From contig JAHFKK010000001.1 of NCBI GenBank assembly GCA_023245335.1, positions 427,282-491,281 of the forward strand: 64,000 bases of DNA. The letters run 5' to 3'. How positions within the stretch are numbered: the stretch's first letter is position 1; every line of letters starts with the position of its first letter. A model generated the notes under the pieces. That model was not told the origin of the DNA. It did not search any database and worked only from the letters and a program-made list of their open reading frames with translations. Below are positions 1 to 9,966 of this stretch, piece by piece. The position numbers and the translations under genes were made by a program. The stretch is from Candidatus Gottesmanbacteria bacterium. Its GTDB lineage: Bacteria; Patescibacteriota; Microgenomatia; UBA10105; UBA927.

Positions 1-27
1 ATATAATATGTATTTATCGTTACACAT

Positions 28-423
28 ATGGCGAAAGTATCAATGAAGGACGAACCGCATGTAGAAATTTTCGGTGACTCGATGGGTAGGCATCACCACC
101 GTGACTCCGGCAGTGTCGTATGGGGAGTCATGCTCCTTCTCGGAGGATGTATGCTTCTTCTCAACACCATGAATGCCGTGCCGTGGCAGGTATGGGATTA
201 CATCGGGCACTTCTGGCCGATACTATTTATTTTCATGGGACTACAGGTCATATTCGGGAACACGATACTTGCCAGTATTATTCTTTTCGTGACGTCCGTT
301 ATCGCATTCGGACTCATATTCGTCGCATCACTCCAGTGGATCGGGTCTCCCATCGTCGCGCATATGAATTTGTCGCCGGAAGTATCGGCAGTATTAGATT
401 TCATAAGGAGGATTAGGATATGA
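28..423 (+). CDS. LiaF/LiaI-like membrane protein (DUF5668-type TM region)
   Basis: Hydrophobic helices with 'WGVMLLLGG..LLL' and 'FWPILFIFMG' motifs typical of this family; overlaps the next gene (ATGA). Confidence 0.65.
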   Translation: MAKVSMKDEPHVEIFGDSMGRHHHRDSGSVVWGVMLLLGGCMLLLNTMNAVPWQVWDYIGHFWPILFIFMGLQVIFGNTILASIILFVTSVIAFGLIFVASLQWIGSPIVAHMNLSPEVSAVLDFIRRIRI

Positions 424-923
424 CAACCGGCAGACTCATCATCGGATTCTTTTTATTGGCGATTGGTATCAGCGCATTGACCGGATTTGATATTTTCCAT
501 TACATCGTGCCGTTTATCTTTATCTATTTCGGTATACGGTTACTTACCGGCCGGAGTTGGCGGCATGGGGAGATCAAAGGAATAAATGTCCGTCAGGACA
601 GCCTGAACGAAGTGCTTATTTTTAGCGGTAGTGAGAAACATCTCACGTCTGCGGATTTCGGCGGGGGAAAAGTCGCCGTGATATTCGCCGGTACGGACAT
701 TGACCTTTCCGCCGTCAAAACCAAATCAAAAACCGTGGAACTGGAAGTCGTCGCGGTCTTTGGCGGAGCGAAAGTGCGCGTGCCGAAAAGTTGGCACGTG
801 ACGACGGAAGGAGCCGGGATCATGGGCGGATTTGAAAACCGTACGTCCGGAGACAAAGACACGACATGTAAACTGGTCGCCAAAGGCGCCGCTATCTTCG
901 GCGGCGTCGAGATCTTCAATTAG
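420..923 (+). CDS. LiaF-like cell-envelope stress protein (DUF2154-type C-terminal domain)
   Basis: N-terminal TM pair, then repeats such as 'IFAGTDIDLS', 'AVFGGAKVRVP..W', 'AIFGGVEI'. Confidence 0.75.
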   Translation: MTTGRLIIGFFLLAIGISALTGFDIFHYIVPFIFIYFGIRLLTGRSWRHGEIKGINVRQDSLNEVLIFSGSEKHLTSADFGGGKVAVIFAGTDIDLSAVKTKSKTVELEVVAVFGGAKVRVPKSWHVTTEGAGIMGGFENRTSGDKDTTCKLVAKGAAIFGGVEIFN

Positions 924-957
924 TCCCGTAGGCTGTGCTAGTGATATACTTTAGTCC

Positions 958-1719
958 ATGGCATGGACGCACGGCAGTAGATTGTATCAACCGGGTTCAG
1001 TCGTTCCCTTTAAAGTCAGCCGGAGTAAGATCGATCTTTTCCTCGAATGTCCCCGGTGTTTTTACCTGGACCGCCGTCTCGGCATCTCGCGTCCCAGTAT
1101 GCCCGGATTCTCATTAAACTCCGCAGTCGATACGCTCCTCAAGAAAGAATTTGATCTCCTCCGTGAGAAGGGCGAGAAGCACGAACTCATGACGCGCTAT
1201 GGCGTAGATGCACTGCCGTTTGTCCACAAGGATCTGAATACCTGGCGCGAAAACTTCACCGGCAAGCAGGTGCTGCACGAACAAACGAACTTCCTCGTCT
1301 TTGGCGCCGTTGACGACCTGTGGGTGAACTCGAAGAAAGAATTAATTATCGTGGATTACAAATCGACGTCCACGGAAAAGGAGATTTCCCTGAATGACCA
1401 ATGGAAGCAGGGCTACAAAAAACAGCTGGAAGTCTACCAATGGATTTTCCGTGCGAGCGGATTTACCGTTTCCGACATCGCGTACATCGTGTATGCCAAT
1501 GCCTCGAAAAACCGCGAAGAGTTCGACGGCAAGCTGGAATTTGCGCTTACGCTCCTGGCACACAAGGGACATGCGGATTGGATAGAACCGACGCTTATCG
1601 GCATGAAAGCCTGCCTCGACGGGATAGAGGTGCCAGACGCATCGAGCGCGTGTGAATACTGCACCTATCGAAAAAAAGCGGCTGGTTACGAGGGATCACA
1701 GGGACAGCTATTGTTGTGA
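958..1719 (+). CDS. PD-(D/E)XK nuclease family protein (RecB/Cas4-like)
   Basis: 'SRSKIDLFLECPRCFY', 'GAVDDLW', 'IVDYKST', 'QLEVYQW', C-terminal 'CEYC'; extended -10 TGaTATACT at 942-950. Confidence 0.85.
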   Translation: MAWTHGSRLYQPGSVVPFKVSRSKIDLFLECPRCFYLDRRLGISRPSMPGFSLNSAVDTLLKKEFDLLREKGEKHELMTRYGVDALPFVHKDLNTWRENFTGKQVLHEQTNFLVFGAVDDLWVNSKKELIIVDYKSTSTEKEISLNDQWKQGYKKQLEVYQWIFRASGFTVSDIAYIVYANASKNREEFDGKLEFALTLLAHKGHADWIEPTLIGMKACLDGIEVPDASSACEYCTYRKKAAGYEGSQGQLLL

Positions 1720-1731
1720 TAGAGTATATAT

Positions 1732-2241
1732 ATGAAGCGCCGCTCCCACGGTAGTCGACCGAAGAAGTCATTTTCCATTATCGCACTCGGCGGGTGGATT
1801 CTCCTGTGTGAAGCTGTCGGTTTGGTCGCAGGTATGTTTACCATCCCACAGATTCCCGTGTGGTATGCGACATTGATGAAGCCTTCATTCAGTCCTCCTA
1901 ACTGGGTATTCGGCCCGGTGTGGACAATTCTTTATGCGCTTATGGGGATAGCTGCATATCGTATTTGGATCTTGGGAATAAAGAATCCTGCCGTACGTAC
2001 GAACATCGTTCTGTTTACCGCACAACTTGTATTTAATTTTTTGTGGTCTTTCATTTTTTTCTCCCTACACAGTATTCCTGCCGCATTTGTGGATATATCC
2101 ATTCTTTGGATACTCATCGTCTTTTTGGTTGTGCGCATGGAACAGCTGGATAAAACAGCAGGGTATCTCATGACCCCGTATTTGCTGTGGGTATCCTTTG
2201 CGATGGTCCTCAACTATAGCCTCTGGCTACTAAACCCCTGA
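1732..2241 (+). CDS. tspO: TspO/MBR tryptophan-rich sensory protein
   Basis: 'WYATLMKPSFSPPNWVFGPVWTILYALMG' and 'PYLLWVSFA..LN' signatures. Confidence 0.93.
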   Translation: MKRRSHGSRPKKSFSIIALGGWILLCEAVGLVAGMFTIPQIPVWYATLMKPSFSPPNWVFGPVWTILYALMGIAAYRIWILGIKNPAVRTNIVLFTAQLVFNFLWSFIFFSLHSIPAAFVDISILWILIVFLVVRMEQLDKTAGYLMTPYLLWVSFAMVLNYSLWLLNP

Positions 2242-2249
2242 AATAGTTA

Positions 2250-2666
2250 TTAGATCCACACGGCGAGGATGATGCCGGAAACGACGAGACACACAAGCTG
2301 ATAGCCGCTATTTATAAGAAATAGTGTCCACGGTTTGCTTTCAAATACGACCGTATTGACCAGGGTGACCGCGACGAATCCCAGCCAGACCATGGCGCCC
2401 AGTGTCGCTCCCTCCATTACCGATGATGTCAGAGTGAGGTCGATAAGTTGTGCGAGTATATAGGCACCGATAAGGGTCGAGATGAAGCTTATTGAATACA
2501 TTTTCGTCATGTGCTTGTTGGCTTCTTTCATTTTTTTCGGGTCGATCTTACTCAGTTTCATCCACTGCTTCCCGAAAAGTGCCGGCGAGTACCATAAGAA
2601 TCCCAGCGCCATGGAGGCAAGTGCAGATACGAGGACTGCCCAGACATTGATAGGTAATAAAAACAT
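2250..2666 (-). CDS. DUF1761 family membrane protein
   Basis: 'INVWAVLVSA..MALGFLWYSP.LFGKQW', 'LFLINSGYQLV'; SD AAGGAGG upstream. Confidence 0.85.
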   Translation of the reverse strand: MFLLPINVWAVLVSALASMALGFLWYSPALFGKQWMKLSKIDPKKMKEANKHMTKMYSISFISTLIGAYILAQLIDLTLTSSVMEGATLGAMVWLGFVAVTLVNTVVFESKPWTLFLINSGYQLVCLVVSGIILAVWI

Positions 2667-2739
2667 AATGTTTCCTCCTTATGTACTATAGTATCATAGC
2701 AGATTTTATTCCCTGTCAACGCAGATTGTATGTGTGGGC

Positions 2740-2767
2740 TTGACAAGGAGAAATAGTGATATATAAT
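2740..2767 (+). promoter_or_regulatory. sigma70 promoter of rpoBC
   Basis: TTGACA (2740-2745), 16 nt, TATAAT (2762-2767). Confidence 0.75.
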
Positions 2768-2789
2768 AATGACTAATTGAATAGCCCAA

Positions 2790-2819
2790 GAGGCGAACGT
2801 TCATTGTTCGCTTCTTTTT
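2790..2819 (+). terminator. terminator-like hairpin in rpoB leader
   Basis: GAGGCGAAC-gttcatt-GTTCGCTTC followed by TTTTT. Confidence 0.55.
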
Positions 2820-2871
2820 GTCGTTCTTTCCAATTTTTACAAACCGGTCTTGTATTTCAAAGGATTGATTG

Positions 2872-5800
2872 ATGGCATCTAAATCAACTTCACATAAGCG
2901 CGAGTTTTGGGGAACGGACTTCCCGGACCTTCCAAGACTGGATCTGACATTGGTACAGCGCGAGTCGTACCAGTGGTTTCTGGAACGCGGAATCAAGGAA
3001 CTCCTCGAAGAAGTGACCCCCATGACCGATTTCACCGGCAAGAACTGGGAACTCACCCTTGGCGATTATTACTTCGGACGACCACGCCTCACCCCGGAAG
3101 TCGCCCAGGAAAAAGGACTGACCTACGACATGCCTCTCAAAGTAAAAGCAACCCTCACCAATAAACAAACAGGCCACCAGATGTCCCAGGAAGTTTTTTT
3201 GGGTGACATCCCGTCCATGACGGAACGCGGCACTTTTGTGATAAACGGTATCGAGCGGTGTGTGGTCAACCAATTGGTCCGGTCACCGGGCATCTACCTC
3301 ACCGGAGAAGTGGATCCTACCACGGGACGTACATTATATAGTGCAGAGATCCGGCCGATGCATGGCAGTTGGCTCGAATTTTTCATTACCCGAAACGACG
3401 TTCTCATGGTTAGGATAGACCGCCGTCGCAAGTTCGTTGCCTCCACCTTCCTTCGTGCAGTCGGCTATGGCACGAACGAGGAAATTGAACGGATACTGAA
3501 AGACGCCGACACGAACCCGGATCACCAGTTTACCAAGGCAACGCTTGCCAAAGATACGACTACCAACCAAAACGAAGCAGTCCTTGAACTCTACCGCAAA
3601 CTTCGCCCGGGAGAGCCCATCGTCCTTGATAATGCTCAGGAGCTATTGCGGACGATGTTTTTTGACTATCGCCGCTATTCACTTGAGCGTGTAGGACGCT
3701 ACAAGATGAATAAAAAGCTAAAATTGAATGTCGCAAACGAAAAAGCAAACTGGGTTCTCACCAAAGATGATATCGTTGGCGGTATCCAGTACCTCATGAA
3801 TCTCGCGAACGGTAAAGGGGATGTCGATGATATCGATCACCTGGGAAACCGTCGGGTACGCCGTGTCGGCGAGCTCGTAGCAACCAATGCATTCCGCGTA
3901 GGTTTATTGCGTTTGGAGCGTTCTATCCGGGAAAAAATGAGCTTAGCAGGTCCCAATGCCGAAGACCTTACCCCGAGTCATCTGGTCAATGCGCGACCGA
4001 TTATCGCATCCATTAACGACTTTTTCCGTACCTCACAACTTTCGACCATCCTCGACCAAACGAATCCCTTAGCAGAAATAGACAACTTGAGAAGGCTTAC
4101 GGTTATGGGTGTCGGCGGTATTTCCCGCGAGCGCGCAAGCTTCTCTATCCGGGACATTAATGCATCCCAATACGGCCGTGTCGATCCGGTCAGATCACCG
4201 GAAGGACCGAACATCGGATTGGTCACCTACATGGCGCTCTATTCACGGGTCAACGAATACGGATTCCTGGAGACTCCCTATAGGAAAGCCGAAAAAGTGA
4301 GCCATGGCGGCACACAAAAAGTACGGGTGACCGCCGCGATAGAGTACCTTGATGCCAACGATGAAATGTATCACTACATCACCCACGCAGATTTGCCGAT
4401 AGACGGTGACGGATTTATCACGGGTACGCGTGTTCCGGTCCGGTACAAAGGCGAATTTTTGGAAACAGACGCTTCCAATATCGAATACATAGACATCGTA
4501 CCGCGACAGGTGGTCGGCGCTCCGGCATCTCTTATTCCGTTTTTGGCCCATGACGAGGCTAACCGGGCGCTTATGGGTACGCACATGCAATGTCAGGCAG
4601 TCCCTCTTTTGGTCCCGCAGTCACCCATCGTGGGTACGGGTATGGAGGGTGCTGTCGTAGAAGCTATGGGACGGTTAGTACGGGCCAAAGATGACGGAGA
4701 AGTGATCTATGCGGATGCGGCTCTCGTCAAAGTGAAGTACAAAAATGGAGATATAGCAAGCTATATGCCGGAAAAGTTTAAACGTACCTCGCAATCAACG
4801 TGTTATAACCAAGAAGTATTGGTCGAGATCGGCCAAAAAGTGGTGAAAGGCGATGTGCTTATCGAAGCTCCAGCATCAGAAAACGGCGAACTCGCACTCG
4901 GCACGAACCTCACGATTGCATACATGAGCTATGAAGGGTTGGGGTATGAAGATGCTATCGTCATTTCCGATCGTCTGGTCCGTGATGATGTTCTCACATC
5001 CGTCCACATAGAAGAGCATGAATGCAGTGTCGTCGACACCAAACTGGGACCGGAAGAAACGACACGGGACATCCCCAATGTCGGAGAAGAAGCACTGCGA
5101 AATCTGGATGAAAACGGCATTGTGGTCATAGGCGCAGATGTAGGACCCAATGACATTCTGGTCGGAAAAATCGCGCCGAAAGGCGAGACGGAACTGACGG
5201 CAGAAGAGCGTTTGCTTCGTGCCATATTCGGTGAAAAAGCCCGTGAGGTCCGTGACACATCGTTGCGTTTGCCGCACGGAGAGCGGGGTACGATTATCGA
5301 TGTTGCGGTTCTTGATAAAGAAAAAGGCGATGAGTTGGAACCGGGCACAAACCGCAAGATTATCGTCAAAGTCGCACAAATGCGTAAAGTCGTCGTCGGA
5401 GACAAGCTTGCCGGCCGACACGGCAACAAAGGCGTCATTTCCAAGATCGTCAAGTCCGGCGACATGCCGTACCTCGCAGACGGAACGGTTATCGACATTA
5501 TCATTTCTCCGCTTTCCGTTCTTTCCCGTATGAATTTGGGACAACTTTTGGAATCACACCTGGGGCTTGCTCAGTCGAAGCTGAATCTCCGAGTCGCATT
5601 GCCGGTTTTCGAACACGTTTCGGAAGAGCGCATGGTCGGTCAGATAAGTAAAGCGAATTTGCCGCTTTCCGGCAAGAGCACCCTCTACGACGGGAAAACC
5701 GGGGAACCGTACAAAGAGCCCATCGTCGTCGGTATCGGGTACATCATGAAGCTTATCCACATGGTCGAGGACAAAACACACGCCCGGTCAACCGGTCCGT

Positions 5801-6246
5801 ATTCACTCGTCACGCAACAACCGCTCGGAGGGAAAGCCCAAATGGGAGGACAGCGCTTGGGAGAAATGGAAGTCTGGGCACTTGAGTCCCACCGCGCCGC
5901 ACATATACTTCAGGAGATGCTGACGATCAAATCCGATGATGTGGTCGGCCGCGCGAAAGCGTTTGAAGCAATCGTCAAAGGCACGGATATCCCGGCCTCT
6001 ACCGTACCGGAGTCGTTTAAAGTATTGGTCAAAGAATTACAGGCGTTGGGACTCAATGTCATCCCGACCGGGGTCGTGACCGTGAAACCTCCCGTCGTTA
6101 CCGATACTGTCAAAGAAGAAGTTGTCGAAAAAGTAGCCAAGGAATTAGCAGTCGAAAGCGGTGAGACCACCGTGACCGATGAAGCGGCAGAAAATCGCGC
6201 AACAGAAGTACCGGCTGAACCGAACGAAGGAGAAAAAAATGGATAA
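2872..6246 (+). CDS. rpoB: RNA polymerase beta subunit
   Basis: 'GTFVINGIER', 'PEGPNIG', 'GDKLAGRHGNKG', 'GGQRLGEMEVWALE'. Confidence 0.99.
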   Translation: MASKSTSHKREFWGTDFPDLPRLDLTLVQRESYQWFLERGIKELLEEVTPMTDFTGKNWELTLGDYYFGRPRLTPEVAQEKGLTYDMPLKVKATLTNKQTGHQMSQEVFLGDIPSMTERGTFVINGIERCVVNQLVRSPGIYLTGEVDPTTGRTLYSAEIRPMHGSWLEFFITRNDVLMVRIDRRRKFVASTFLRAVGYGTNEEIERILKDADTNPDHQFTKATLAKDTTTNQNEAVLELYRKLRPGEPIVLDNAQELLRTMFFDYRRYSLERVGRYKMNKKLKLNVANEKANWVLTKDDIVGGIQYLMNLANGKGDVDDIDHLGNRRVRRVGELVATNAFRVGLLRLERSIREKMSLAGPNAEDLTPSHLVNARPIIASINDFFRTSQLSTILDQTNPLAEIDNLRRLTVMGVGGISRERASFSIRDINASQYGRVDPVRSPEGPNIGLVTYMALYSRVNEYGFLETPYRKAEKVSHGGTQKVRVTAAIEYLDANDEMYHYITHADLPIDGDGFITGTRVPVRYKGEFLETDASNIEYIDIVPRQVVGAPASLIPFLAHDEANRALMGTHMQCQAVPLLVPQSPIVGTGMEGAVVEAMGRLVRAKDDGEVIYADAALVKVKYKNGDIASYMPEKFKRTSQSTCYNQEVLVEIGQKVVKGDVLIEAPASENGELALGTNLTIAYMSYEGLGYEDAIVISDRLVRDDVLTSVHIEEHECSVVDTKLGPEETTRDIPNVGEEALRNLDENGIVVIGADVGPNDILVGKIAPKGETELTAEERLLRAIFGEKAREVRDTSLRLPHGERGTIIDVAVLDKEKGDELEPGTNRKIIVKVAQMRKVVVGDKLAGRHGNKGVISKIVKSGDMPYLADGTVIDIIISPLSVLSRMNLGQLLESHLGLAQSKLNLRVALPVFEHVSEERMVGQISKANLPLSGKSTLYDGKTGEPYKEPIVVGIGYIMKLIHMVEDKTHARSTGPYSLVTQQPLGGKAQMGGQRLGEMEVWALESHRAAHILQEMLTIKSDDVVGRAKAFEAIVKGTDIPASTVPESFKVLVKELQALGLNVIPTGVVTVKPPVVTDTVKEEVVEKVAKELAVESGETTVTDEAAENRATEVPAEPNEGEKNG

Positions 6247-9200
6247 AAAAGGAAATTTCGCCAACATAGCTGATTTCACCGGGTTACTTATCAAACTTGC
6301 TTCCCCCGATGAAGTGAAAAACTGGTCCTACGGTGAAGTCATCAAGCCGGAGACCATCAACTATCGTACCCTCAAGCCGGAAAAAGACGGATTATTTGAC
6401 GAACGCATCTTCGGGCCGACCAAGGACTGGGAATGTTACTGCGGCAAATACAAGAGAATCCGCTACCGCGGCATCATCTGCGACAAATGCGGAGTCGAAG
6501 TCACACAAAGCAAAGTCCGTCGCGAGCGCATGGGACATATATCGCTTGCCGCTCCGGTTGCGCACGTGTGGTTTTTCAAGGGCGCTCCGAGCAAGCTTTC
6601 ACTTCTTATGGACATTAGTCCTCGGGCTTTGGAGGGTGTCATTTACTTCGCACAGTACCTCGTCGTCCATGTCGATGATGATAATAAGAAAAAGGTGATG
6701 GCCAGTCTCGCGGAACAGGGAGAAAAGCGCGTCGCGGAACTCACCAAACGGATTGATGCAGAAAAAGACAAACGCAAGAAAGAGCTTGCCAAAGAAAAAG
6801 ACGGCGTCCATACCTCTATCCAGGGGAAAGAAGGACAGGATCTCGCCATTTCAGAGCTGACGCTCCGTGAACGTCAGGAACTCGCGAGTCTCGATGAGCA
6901 GGCGCGCAAAGAATCAGAGAAAATTAAAGAAGTCATCGAACAACTGACCGCGATCGTCAAAAGCATTAAGACACTTTCGACCGTTACGGAAGATGAGTAT
7001 CTCCGGCTTTTGGACTATGACGCCGCGTCGTTTTTGAAAGTCGGCATGGGAGCAGAGGCGGTTTTGGAAGTCGTCAAGAAAATTGACCTTGATAAACTCG
7101 CCGCAGAACTGCGGGAAGAGATCCAGAATTCTAGCGGCCAGCGGCATGTGAAGGCGACCAAGCGTCTGCGTGTCGTCGACGGGATGCGTAAATCCGTCAT
7201 CAATCCGTCATGGATGATCATGAATATATTGCCGGTCATCCCGCCGGATTTGCGCCCGATGGTGCAGTTAACCGGCGGACGGTTTGCGACAAGCGATTTG
7301 AATGACCTTTATCGACGTGTCATCAACCGCAACAACCGCTTAAAGCATCTTATGGATTTGGGCGCGCCGGAAATAATCCTGCGGAACGAGAAACGGATGC
7401 TTCAGGAAGCGGTCGATTCGTTAATCGATGCGACGCAAAGGCCAAGCAGCAGAACCGTCATCCAACCACTCCGGTCGTTGTCCGACATGCTGCGCGGGAA
7501 ACAGGGCCGGTTCCGTCAGAACCTCTTGGGTAAACGGGTAGACTACTCGGGTCGGTCAGTCATCGTCGTCGGACCGGAACTTCGGCTCAATCAATGCGGA
7601 ATTCCCAAGGAAATGGCGCTTGAGATGTTTAAGCCTTTTGTCCTTCGCGAACTTATCGTCCGCGGTATTGCTCCGAACGTCAAGAATGCCAAGAACGTAT
7701 TGGAACGCCGGACACCGGAAGTGTACGACATCCTCGAAGAAATCACGAAGAATCATCCGGTCATGCTGAATCGGGCGCCGACGCTGCACAAACTGGGATT
7801 CCAGGCGTTTTATCCGGTCCTTATCGAAGGATCTGCTATCCGGGTACACCCCTGTGTGTGTGCGGGATACAACGCAGACTTCGACGGAGACCAGATGGCA
7901 GTCCACATACCGCTTTCTGCGGCTGCACAAAAGGAAGCCATAGACCTCATGCTGCCGACGCACAACTTGTTGAAACCCGCAGACGGATCACCGATCACCG
8001 TACCGAATAAGGAAATGGTTGTCGGATGCTATTACCTGACCACGACCGATCCGGAAGAAGCCAAAAAAGACGAAAAGTCCTTGCCGGTATTCTCCGATGA
8101 GGAAGAGGCGATGTATGCATACCAGGCCGGGAAAACCGGTCTACGGGAAATGATACGCGTGCGGATCGATAAAGCGCTCGTCGCGACGACCGTCGGACGG
8201 CTTATGTTTAACGAGATATTGCCTGACGGACTCCGGTATATCAATACGCCCGTCAAGGCCGCGACTGTCAAACAGCTCATCACCCAGGCATTTGGCATGT
8301 ATACCAAAGAAGAAGTAACGACCCTCATTGACGCGATCAAAAACATCGGATTTTTCGGAGCGACCATCTGTGGAGGACTTTCCGTGTCGGTATTTGATAA
8401 TGAGATGATCAGCGAAAAGGGCGACATCATAAAAGAAGCCGATGGCAAGGTCATCGAAATCGACCAGAACTTCCAGATGGGTCTTATCACGCTGGAAGAA
8501 AAGAAGCGATTGTCCAACGAAGTCTGGATCGAAATTACGGAGCGCATCGCGGATATGACCTGGGACCGGTTGGCAGATAACAATCCGGTCAAGATGATCA
8601 TCGAGTCCGGCGGTGCCCGGGCCAGCAAAGACCAACTTAAACAACTCTGTGCCATCAAGGGATTGGTCGTCGATCCGCTTGGTAAGATCGTGGAATTGCC
8701 GACCAAAAGCAACTACCGCCAGGGATTGTCCATTTTCGAATACGTGACGAGTACCCGCGGATCCCGAAAAGGACTGACGGATTCGGCCCTCAAGACTGCA
8801 GATGCAGGATATCTGACCCGACGGCTCGTCGATGTGGCACATGACATGATCGTCCGTGTCGGCGACTGCGGCACCAGCGAAGGATGGACGGTATCGAGAA
8901 AAGACGGACGCCAGACTGCATTTGGTACCCGTATTGTCGGCAGGTTCAGTGCGGAAGATGTCGTCGTACCGGGAACGAAGAAGACATTAGTGAAAAAAGG
9001 CGAAGAGATTACCGACGATGTCGCCAAAGCAATCGACGAATCTACCGTTGAGACGGTACTGGTCCGTTCACCGATTGCCTGTCAGGCAAAAATCGGTATC
9101 TGCGCGACCTGTTATGGCCGTGATTACTCGACGACCAAGCTTGTCGAAATCGGAACTCCCGTTGGAGTCATGGCAGCACAGTCTATCGGAGAGCCGGGTA

Positions 9201-9961
9201 CACAACTCACGATGCGGGTACGTCACGCGGGAGGAATCGTCGGACTCGACGTAACCCAAGGTTTGCCGCGTGTGGAAGAGCTTTTTGAGTCCCGCACGCC
9301 CCGGAATCTTTCACCTGTATCCGAGATTGCCGGAAAAGTGGAGATTACCGAAACAGAGCAAGGATATAAAGTACGGGTAAGGAATACCGCGATGAAACCG
9401 CCGGAAGAGCGGGAATACAGCATTGCCCTCACCAGTGAACTTCTGGTGAAAGAAGGGGACCTGGTTGCGGCCGGAGATCAGTTGGCAGGCGGGTATCTCG
9501 ATATCAAAGAAGTCCTGCAGGTCCGCGGACAGACCGGAGCCCAGCTCTATCTCATAAGCGAGATACAGAAAGTCTACGAATCACAAGGAATCTCTATCCA
9601 TGACAAGCATTTTGAAGTCATTGTCCGGAAGATGAGCGATAAAGTACGTATCGACACATCCGGAGATACGGTACTTCTGCCGGGCGAGCTGGTCGACAAA
9701 AACAGGTTCCATGAGGAAAACGCACGAGTCCTTGCCGAAGGCGGAGAGCCGGCGACCGCAAACATCACGATGCTTGGAATTACGCGTGCGTCTTTGTACA
9801 CCGAATCCTGGTTGTCCGCTGCAAGTTTCCAGGAAACGACCAACGTATTGACCGATGCGGCGCTTGCCAATAAGGAAGATAAGTTGTTGGGACTCAAAGA
9901 AAACGTTATAATCGGAAGACTCATTCCGGTCTCACCCGAACGGGCGATGATGCAAAACTAG
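6239..9961 (+). CDS. rpoC: RNA polymerase beta' subunit
   Basis: 'NADFDGDQM' catalytic motif, N-terminal Zn ribbon, 'GKRVDYSGRS'; start taken at ATG 6239 after GAAGGAG. Confidence 0.99.
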   Translation: MDKKGNFANIADFTGLLIKLASPDEVKNWSYGEVIKPETINYRTLKPEKDGLFDERIFGPTKDWECYCGKYKRIRYRGIICDKCGVEVTQSKVRRERMGHISLAAPVAHVWFFKGAPSKLSLLMDISPRALEGVIYFAQYLVVHVDDDNKKKVMASLAEQGEKRVAELTKRIDAEKDKRKKELAKEKDGVHTSIQGKEGQDLAISELTLRERQELASLDEQARKESEKIKEVIEQLTAIVKSIKTLSTVTEDEYLRLLDYDAASFLKVGMGAEAVLEVVKKIDLDKLAAELREEIQNSSGQRHVKATKRLRVVDGMRKSVINPSWMIMNILPVIPPDLRPMVQLTGGRFATSDLNDLYRRVINRNNRLKHLMDLGAPEIILRNEKRMLQEAVDSLIDATQRPSSRTVIQPLRSLSDMLRGKQGRFRQNLLGKRVDYSGRSVIVVGPELRLNQCGIPKEMALEMFKPFVLRELIVRGIAPNVKNAKNVLERRTPEVYDILEEITKNHPVMLNRAPTLHKLGFQAFYPVLIEGSAIRVHPCVCAGYNADFDGDQMAVHIPLSAAAQKEAIDLMLPTHNLLKPADGSPITVPNKEMVVGCYYLTTTDPEEAKKDEKSLPVFSDEEEAMYAYQAGKTGLREMIRVRIDKALVATTVGRLMFNEILPDGLRYINTPVKAATVKQLITQAFGMYTKEEVTTLIDAIKNIGFFGATICGGLSVSVFDNEMISEKGDIIKEADGKVIEIDQNFQMGLITLEEKKRLSNEVWIEITERIADMTWDRLADNNPVKMIIESGGARASKDQLKQLCAIKGLVVDPLGKIVELPTKSNYRQGLSIFEYVTSTRGSRKGLTDSALKTADAGYLTRRLVDVAHDMIVRVGDCGTSEGWTVSRKDGRQTAFGTRIVGRFSAEDVVVPGTKKTLVKKGEEITDDVAKAIDESTVETVLVRSPIACQAKIGICATCYGRDYSTTKLVEIGTPVGVMAAQSIGEPGTQLTMRVRHAGGIVGLDVTQGLPRVEELFESRTPRNLSPVSEIAGKVEITETEQGYKVRVRNTAMKPPEEREYSIALTSELLVKEGDLVAAGDQLAGGYLDIKEVLQVRGQTGAQLYLISEIQKVYESQGISIHDKHFEVIVRKMSDKVRIDTSGDTVLLPGELVDKNRFHEENARVLAEGGEPATANITMLGITRASLYTESWLSAASFQETTNVLTDAALANKEDKLLGLKENVIIGRLIPVSPERAMMQN

Positions 9962-9966
9962 AAAGG

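Noticed and set aside
6660-6980. Coiled-coil insertion in the RpoC N-terminal region
   Set aside because: Lineage-specific beta' insertions at this position are already known in several phyla.
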